From Camelus ferus (Eukaryota): a stretch of DNA of 64,000 nt. Location of the stretch: positions 57,724,001-57,788,000 of the forward strand of contig NC_045697.1 in assembly GCF_009834535.1 (NCBI RefSeq), in the 5' to 3' direction. The notes under the pieces are model-generated. The model was given only the letters and a program-made list of their open reading frames with translations, was not told the origin of the DNA and ran no database searches. The position numbers and the translations under genes were made by a program. The number at the start of each line of letters is the position of its first letter. The stretch's first letter is position 1. Of this stretch, positions 56,521 through 64,000 are shown one piece after another.

Positions 56521-57272
56521 AGGTACAGAGAGGGTGTTGTAGCATATTACACTTTTTGAAAAGGGGAAGAAAACATTTATACTTGCAAATGCATAGAGTT
56601 TGACCTTGCTCTTTCTTCACTTTCCAGTGGGGGTTAATTTAATTTCCCTCTAAAGGGTACATGAGGCCCTGGCAACAATAGTTCCCTCCACCCCCACCCC
56701 GAGGAGGGGAATTGGTAGCTGCTTTTCAAGGAGAGAAGGAACCTTTTTTTTTTCTTTCCTTTTCTTCCTTTTATTCTTTTTCTGTATATCCTTTTGTATA
56801 CTTTCACACTTTCTATTTTGTACTTTGGACATGTATTACCTGGCTAAAAACTAATTTGCTTTTTAAGAGGTTATTAGATAATCTAGAAAACATTGTTAGG
56901 GAGAATGTACCTGCCACTCACCCGCACCTCCCCAGGAAGAATGTCCTTAATCCTAGTAGCCTAGTGACCTCAAAAAGCTTTTGTTGAGATGACTGACTAC
57001 TGGTCTGGCTAGTATTCAGACTTGGGGGAAGGAGAGGCGGCCTGTACAGATCTTACATCTTCTTGCTGGTTGCATCTGGGGCTGACTGATTCCATTACCA
57101 GCCTCCTAATCCTGGCTGGTGCCAAGTGGGTTCCCCTTCTGTGTCCAGCAAAAGTGTACCGGGTCATCGTTCAGCAAGCATCTGGGTACCATGGGAGGCA
57201 GTAAGCCACGAAAATGCCAGAGGAATGAAGACACAGGGGCAGCACAGAAAATAAGCACCCATCCTTCCTTAC

Positions 57273-57362
57273 CTTGGAGCAGATTTGTGAGCAGAAAGGG
57301 TCCAATGTAGTTGGTGGCAAAGGTGACATCAAGGCCCTCTGGAGTACATGTTGTAGGCAATT
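57273..57362 (-). pseudogene. Next 90-bp exon of the same RDH-like SDR gene
   Basis: cctcccag|AA-LPTTCTPEGLDVTFATNYIGPFLLTNLLQ-G|gtaagg. Matches the TxDGFExxFxxNHLGHFLLTNLL motif of RDH11/12-type SDRs, and its phase is compatible with the previous exon. Confidence 0.88.
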
Positions 57363-57659
57363 CTGGGAGGAGATGAAAACATAGGTGGTGGGTGATGGAA
57401 TGACAACCCCGAGGGAGATGATGTCTGGGGAAGATATATTGGGGTTCAGTAGAAAAGCCACAGGAACATGTATGTGTCAAGATTGGCACAGTGAAGTTTG
57501 AAGCTACAACTTAAGGTAGGCTTTTTAGGACAGTGTCCTATTTAAGAGTGTTTCCACAGAGTATACAGGTTAGGCTTGGGGGATGCCTGTTTTGGGGTCC
57601 CTGAGCTAGAAAGGAGGCTCTTGAAATGCATTTAGGGGAAGTTAAGTCAAGATACATAC

Positions 57660-57850
57660 CACAGACTGCAGCATTGTTAACCAGTAGATGTATCTCTGGA
57701 TACTACCGCAGAAGCCACTAAGCAAAGCTCTGGATGGAGGCCATCGAGCTCATGTCCACTTTAAGAAGCAGGAGGTGGTTCTTCTTTGAGGCTGCCTGTA
57801 ACTCGGCCAGGGCTTGCTGTCCACACTCAATGGCTATGGCAGGCCAGGGT
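57660..57850 (-). pseudogene. Disabled partial exon of a retinol dehydrogenase-like short-chain dehydrogenase/reductase (RDH11/12/13-DHRS13-like SDR)
   Basis: Minus strand: LACHSH/ECGQQALAELQAASKKNHLLLLKVDMSSMASIQSFA*WLLR*YPEIHLLVNNAAVC|gtatgt. Contains the SDR VD(L/M)SS and LVNNAx motifs. One frameshift, TAG stops at 57720-57718 and 57705-57703, and a GT donor at 57659. Confidence 0.88.
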
Positions 57851-57899
57851 GAGGCACCTCGTGAAGATCCTGGCTCTCCTTATCCCCAGAGTCCAGGCC

Positions 57900-58520
57900 C
57901 TGTGTGAGTACGCAGCAACTCGGCCTCCGCGTCCCAGCCACTGGGCCACTTGGCACCAGGCCATAGTTTGGATCTGGGGTTGCGGGCCACACTGGGGAAC
58001 CCCAGGTACGTGGCGAGAAAGCGGAGGCCGGGACTGAGGAAGGGCAGCTTCGAACCAAAGCCTGGCAACAGTAGGCCTAGGTTTAAAGTAGGGAATTGGA
58101 GGCTGGGGCTGGGACCCATCTCTCGGATGGGAACCCCAGGCTGGAGAGGGAAGAAAACTGATGGCAAGACGCGGACACCCGAGCCGGAGGCTGGCAGTTG
58201 ACCGGGGGCCTCAGTCTTCCCGCCCTGCTGGCACCCGTGGTAGGCTTCTGCGGGGCGCGCCACGGAGTCTGAAACCAGAACCTCCGGCGTGGGCGCACCC
58301 AGCAGCACAGCAGGCGCGCGGGGTCCGGGCACGCCATAGCGGGCTTGCGGCCCATTCTGCATGGCGGTCGCCGGGCCGCGGGTCCGCGCGCCAGGGCTGC
58401 TGCGGCAGGAACCCGGCAGAGGGGCTGAGCACTGTGGCAACGTCTGCAGAGGGGTCCGACACCAACACGCCTGGGGCGATGCGGGGCAACTCCTCGTTCT
58501 TGGGCTACGGCCAGTCTCCA
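57900..58520. promoter_or_regulatory. CpG-island-like segment inside the C2orf81 copy
   Basis: Very GC-rich with dense CpG (e.g. GGGGCGCGCCACGG, GGCGCGCGGGGTCCGGG, GCCGGGCCGCGGGTCCGCGCG), against CpG-poor flanks. Confidence 0.7.
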
Positions 58521-59071
58521 GCCACATGAGGCTGGGGCGTGTAATAGTAGAGATCCTCGAGGGAGAACTGGGAGCTGAAGTGCTGTGCCCTCTTGACTAA
58601 GGCCTGGGGGCTGGCTCCCAGGGACAGATCCGGAGAAGGGTGGGGACTGGTGGCGGGCACCACCTCCACTGAGGGTTGGCTTCTCGCGTTCAAAGATCCG
58701 ATCGAGGATAGGTGGCCCTTAGCTTGGCCGTCCAGTTCCTCTGAAGGACCTCCAGGCCCTGTTTCCTGAAACTGCTCCGGGGTCTGTGGGGTCCCCCGGG
58801 TGACTCTCAGCTCGTGAGAACGCTCCCAAGATGCCATCTGCTCCTGAGAGTCTGTAGATCCATCCAAGATCTTCCTAAAGGGATTTGGTTCATGCTTCCT
58901 TGGTCCTGGGGAAATGCACAGGGGTGGAGATGGCAGGCAAGAAGTGTGATGTCGGGAAGGGGACAGAGGCACTAAGGTTGGAGCAGTCCAGAGAGGCCCT
59001 GAAGAGAACAAAGATGCGGCGGAGGCGGGGGTGGGAGGTGGAAAGTGGGAAGTAGCTGGGGGCTAGGCTTA

Positions 59072-59583
<512 letters not shown>

Positions 59584-60323
59584 CTACGTCTCCTGCAAGT
59601 CAGGGCTAGAGATCGAGGAGTGGAGAAGGAGGAAGCTTCCTCAAGTTGTCTAATAGGAAGGATAAACCTTTTGAAAGGGACAATTTACTAAGAGCCTACT
59701 ATGGGACAGCTGCTTTTCGGGTATGTGACCTAGCTAATTTAATTTTTGTGACAGCTCACTAAGCCCATTTTACTGACAAACTGAAACTCGACAGCAGTTA
59801 ACCTACATTTGCTTGAGATTACACCCTGAATCCAAGCTATGTAGTTATAACCGCAGAGTCCTTGTTATTTGCACTAGTTTAAAGTGTTCAAAACTCTTGA
59901 GAGTTCAAAGAACTTGAGAAAGATGAGTCAACAGTGCTGGAATTGTTAATGTAGCCACTCTCTGGGCTTCTGCTCAGCTTCCAGACGTGTACAGAGGTGT
60001 CTACTCGCACCCAGTCCTGCGGCTCCCCAGCTTGCTGTGTAAATGACTCGAGGTTTCCTAGGGGAATCACACACCCCCAACACCCTCCTTCCCAGCCCCC
60101 CAGAGAGAGAGTGCTCCTTTCTGCCCACTTTCCTGCCTGATCCTCCTCTCTTCTGGCCATATCTCTCCCTCCTCCACCCAGATCTTGCTTTTTCAATAGT
60201 CCTTGGATCCCTAGGTGATTCAGGGCTCCTCTTCCTTCTCCCTGTTGCCTTCCACTCCTCAGGGCCCCTCACCTGCACCCTGAGGGGACCACTTGCAGTA
60301 GGCTGAATCATGCAGACAGGCTG

Positions 60324-60341
60324 AGCCACCAGGTGGCAACA
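60324..60341 (+). promoter_or_regulatory. CTCF-like motif
   Basis: AGCCACCAGGTGGCAACA closely matches the CTCF core CCACCAG(G/A)(T/G)GGC. Motif match only. Confidence 0.45.
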
Positions 60342-60482
60342 CACGCTACCATAAAGGGGCAGCCAGGTGGAGTTCTCCTCTAGGGGAGGAGAAGTGCAGG
60401 GTGAGGGTGGGGACAGTGAAGGAGACCATCCAACAGCCCCTCTTCTCACCACCCAGCATCCCCCACATACACACATACTCAC

Positions 60483-60521
60483 CATGGCTGGCAAGGGTGA
60501 GGTCATGGGTGCGGAACCCAT
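60483..60521 (-). pseudogene. C2orf81: Candidate first exon of the C2orf81 copy, ending ATG|GTGAGT
   Basis: Minus strand reads ...CCAGCCATG|GTGAGT, a consensus donor at 60482. It is phase 0 and joins the acceptor at 59593/59592 in frame, giving M-E-T-*-A-R-D-R. The 5' boundary is not determinable. Confidence 0.5.
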
Positions 60522-60699
60522 CTTGCACTGCTGCCAGAGTGAGAGTGGTATGAGCCAAGAGGTGGTAACGAGGAACTCTGCTGGACAGAGAAGTGGGCAG
60601 CAGTCAAGTGAAGGGCATGGATGGCAGAAGCTTTATGGGCCTCCATGATTCAGGCTACCCTACAGAAAACCAGATTGCTTCCCCCGCAGGGGTTGGAAC

Positions 60700-60850
60700 A
60701 AACATTTACTGCACTCCTGCTAAGTGCTGGACCGTATGTTTTAAATATGTTATACCACTGTATTCCCACGACAGCCCTGTGGGGTAGCATTCTTTAATTA
60801 ATAGATGAGGCCACTTGAGGCTTAACGAGGTTAAGAAATCTGCCCTTAAA
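60700..60850 (-). mobile_element. MIR (insert side) truncated at the right breakpoint
   Basis: AACATTTACTGCACT...CCCACGACAGCCCTGTGGGGTAG...AGATGAGGCCACTTGAGGCTTAACGAGGTTAAGAAATCTGCCC. Confidence 0.7.
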
Positions 60851-60876
60851 TAGAGCTTAGGTGATACAGTTGTAAT

Positions 60877-61021
60877 ATTTTGAGATAACTCACATAGAAA
60901 AAGTCTCAAGCCTGTAAGCGGCAGGACCAGAATTCAAACCAAAAAAAAAAAAAGCCTACCAAACCCAGTCTTTTAAATATTTATATGTATCAAGTACATT
61001 TCTTGAAACACATAAGATCTT
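60877..61021 (+). repeat. Right copy of ~140-bp direct repeat flanking the C2orf81/SDR insert
   Basis: Aligns to 56076-56215 and ends in the identical ...CATTTCTTGAAACACATAAGATCTT. Confidence 0.93.
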
Positions 61022-61114
61022 CCTGTCTGGTATCTCTGATCTCTCTTCTTCATATCTTATGCTTCTATAATTAGGGCAACATTCCTTATCATACTTGCCA
61101 GGGTCCTCTGAATA

Positions 61115-61310
61115 ATGAGTTTTCAAATCCTGCTGCCTATGTTCAAATCCTGATTCCTTCCACATAACTGAACTTCAGATGTTACAGTTAACTGAGTTTG
61201 AGACATCGCTGAAATATCCTTGTGCCTCATTAGCTCATCTTAATAACTAAGTTTGTTGTAAGGATTAAATAGTCTCATGGCCTTTAGCGCAGGATCTGGT
61301 AAACAAAACC
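61115..61310 (+). mobile_element. MIR
   Basis: CTGCCTATGTTCAAATCCTGATTC...TGTGCCTCA...TTGTTGTAAGGATTAAATAG. Confidence 0.65.
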
Positions 61311-61689
61311 TCAAGTAGCTTTTGTTTTGTTCTTTTTAAACAGTATTCTCACATTCATGGAACTTTTAAATGAATTACTGGAAAATTAACAGACCTTCCA
61401 TTGCACATTCTTAATAAAGCAGTGGAGAGAGTTCAACTTTGCTTTCTCAAGTTATTATCACTTTAGTTCAGGCTATTTTGGAAGGATGAGCTTATTAAGA
61501 AATGAGTTGGCTATGTAAATTACATAAATCAGTAGCTTAAATGTGTAAAGTAATGTTTTGTAAACCTGACAAGTGAATATTTCAGAAAAGCTAAATTGAA
61601 CAGTTTATAGTAACAACTAATACTGATTTAACACAATATGACAGAGAAAGGGACCCCTCCACGTGTTTTATAGGTATTAACTAATTTTA

Positions 61690-61865
61690 TTCTTAGCATA
61701 AGCCTGTGAGGTTCATACTATAATTATGCTCATTTTAAGGTAAGGAAACCAAGGTACATAAATGTGAAGTTATTTGACCTTGGTCATTCATCTCATAAAT
61801 GGCAGTGCTGGGAATTCTAGATCAAGTCTTCTGGCTTCACTGTTTGTGCTCCTAACCACTGTGCT
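61690..61865 (-). mobile_element. MIR
   Basis: CATTTTAAGGTAAGGAAACCAAGGTACA...GGTCATTCATCTCATAAATGGCAG...TGCTCCTAACCACTGTGCT. Confidence 0.72.
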
Positions 61866-63056
61866 AATATTAACTGTTCTCAACAACACTGTATCTTAAA
61901 TACTGGGTATATGGACTAAAAATAATTAAAAGTTTTCTATATCGCTCAGGGTCTTATAAACATCAGTTACTGTCCTGAGATTTAACCCAAGACAGTATTA
62001 ATCTAGAGATAACTACATCTTTAATGGAAAGGGTTATAGCTAGAATCCTACCAACCATCTTACATGACCTTTGCCTTTTCTCTAAGATAAGATAATGTGC
62101 CTTTGAAAACAAGAATCAGATATACAATATTTAAGACCAGGGGATTAAAAAAAAAATTTAGGTAGATGGCCTGGATGTTACGGTAAACCAGAGACTCCTT
62201 CCTTTCTGTCTCCACTACAAAGCTTCCTGTTTCCCTCACTCAACAGATTTCATTAATATTGGCTCTCATTTCTTGGAAAAATGTATCTCAAACAAGAACA
62301 ACTCTTGGAAAGTCTTATTCAAATAAATGGCAATGAGCAAAAAGAATGAAAAGATGTAAAAATGGGGGGAAATATATGAATGATATATATTCAAAACTAA
62401 AAGACATCTTAAAATATTTGAGTAAAAAAATGATTGTACACAGATTTGAAAATTTTTGTATGTCATGCAAAGTTATTACATCTAGTATTACAGCCAGATT
62501 GGGATTTTGCCTTTAGCTTTTATCCTTCAAATGTTCCAACTCTTTGAGGAGTAAGTGCAAAATCTGAAAGAATTTCTACTCTGGAATCTCTATTTTTCCT
62601 ATAATATACTCATCCAAATTGATGTGTTTGCTAATTTCCATTTCCTTTCAGAAGGAATTTTTATGGATATGTGTCTCCAAATATTTTTAATTTGTTACTT
62701 TTAATTTGCCATGCTCTGGCAAGTGGAGGATAAATAAGTTGGGGGGTGTATAATTGTGACTAGAGTAGGGATAAGTTCTTACACTTGTCTGCAAATTTTC
62801 TCATCTGTGTTCTGTATAGCTAAGGTTATCTCCTAGGTAACTACCAGGTAACTGATGTTTCACTAACATATTTTAAACATTCCTAAAACATTGAGTTTTT
62901 AACAGCATCTAAACAGAAGACAATTCTCTACCAGAAATTCTAAAGTTTATTTGCTTTGAGCTTCCAATCCCTGTGGTTTTACTAAACTTCTCATGATTTT
63001 CAAGACTCCCAGTCTTGGTTGTCATTATTTAGTCTCTTATGTTAGCATTAAAAATC

Positions 63057-63130
63057 ATATACATATATATATATATATACACACACACACAAACACACAT
63101 ATGTGTATATATGTATATATGTATGCATAT
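63057..63130. repeat. (TA)n(CA)n microsatellite
   Basis: Directly visible. Confidence 0.9.
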
Positions 63131-63719
63131 AGATATTTGAAATAAATATCATATATATTTAAAATATCTAATGTGATATATATTTAAAAGGAAAGTGATC
63201 TTGATTTATTTCTGTCTGCTTACTTGCAGTTAAAAAAAACACACTAGGAATTATTTAGATTCATGAAACCACTTCTCAAACTTCAGTCTACAAGATGCCA
63301 ATTGATGAATACAAAGTTATTAATTTGTATTTTGTAAATAATCTGTAAATTATTAATTTTTGATACTTGAATATTAAAAATATGAAAAATTTGTATTTAA
63401 AGAAAATTACATGAGTTGTTCTTCAGGAAACAAACTAGTACAATTTGTTGTAGCTTGTATTTATGCTTATAAAATAACATTTTGAAATTTTATTTTATTA
63501 CTAGCAACATTGTCCTTATTAAGCTTAGTTTTAAATTGGTAAAAAAGACAAATTATTCTTTTAAACCAAAGGATTTAATGGGAAAATACTCAAAATTCAT
63601 AGTTATCTGAAATTCACAACTAACTTTCTGTCCTCCTCTTTTTCATTAATTGCACTAGCATTCAGCAAAGTATCACAGAAGTAGTGATATAGATACTAAT
63701 TTTCCTCTGAATCTAGTTT

Positions 63720-64000
63720 CAACAAGGAGAGAGGTCTCCCACACAAGTAAGCAGTGCTCTGACACCAGCCGGATGTCCTACAGTTCAACTCCATTTTGAT
63801 ACTATCCAGGAGATAGCATCAGATTCCTCTGGTTAAGGAGTCATTCTTGACTGCCCTCTCCCCTCACTTCAGAAGCCAGCCACAAGCCCAGGTCACCTGT
63901 GCTTCTGACCAACTGGCTATAAGAGGTCCCCAGGACCTCCTCCCTGGGTTTGATTAGTTTTCTAGAGCAGCTCACAATTTAGAGAAGCATTTTATATGGA
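63720..64000 (-). mobile_element. ERV1-type LTR (MER21/MER34/MER39-like), running off the window
   Basis: GACACCAGCCGGATGTCCTACAGTTCAACTC...GGAGATAGCATCAGAT...TGTGCTTCTGACCAACTGGCTATAA...CTAGAGCAGCTCACA. Confidence 0.72.

Noticed and set aside
60050..60070. RFX X-box-like GTTTCCTAGGGGAA near the C2orf81 5' region
   Set aside because: Only one half-site fits well, so it is not distinguishable from chance.

Overview
Mammalian genomic DNA, AT-rich and repeat-dense (old L1M, L2, MIR, MaLR/ERVL LTRs, Tigger1 and hAT-Charlie MITEs). I saw no Alu, B1/B2, Bov-A/BovB, PRE1 or SINEC. A young L1 tail resembles camelid L1 as I recall it, so a camelid artiodactyl is likely but unproven. No intact protein-coding gene was found. 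The main anomaly is a ~4.7 kb GC-rich insert (~56216-60876) between two ~140-bp direct repeats. It carries an intron-containing, disabled copy of C2orf81 on the minus strand, fused by an internal deletion to two exons of a retinol-dehydrogenase-like SDR gene. Other notable structures: a near-perfect 87-nt hairpin (38251-38337), a twin-primed L1 with two internal deletions, a TSD-flanked L1 with both ends but no ORF1 and little ORF2, and a ~63-bp orphan polyadenylated retro-insert. Repeat subfamily names come from recalled consensus sequences and their boundaries are approximate.
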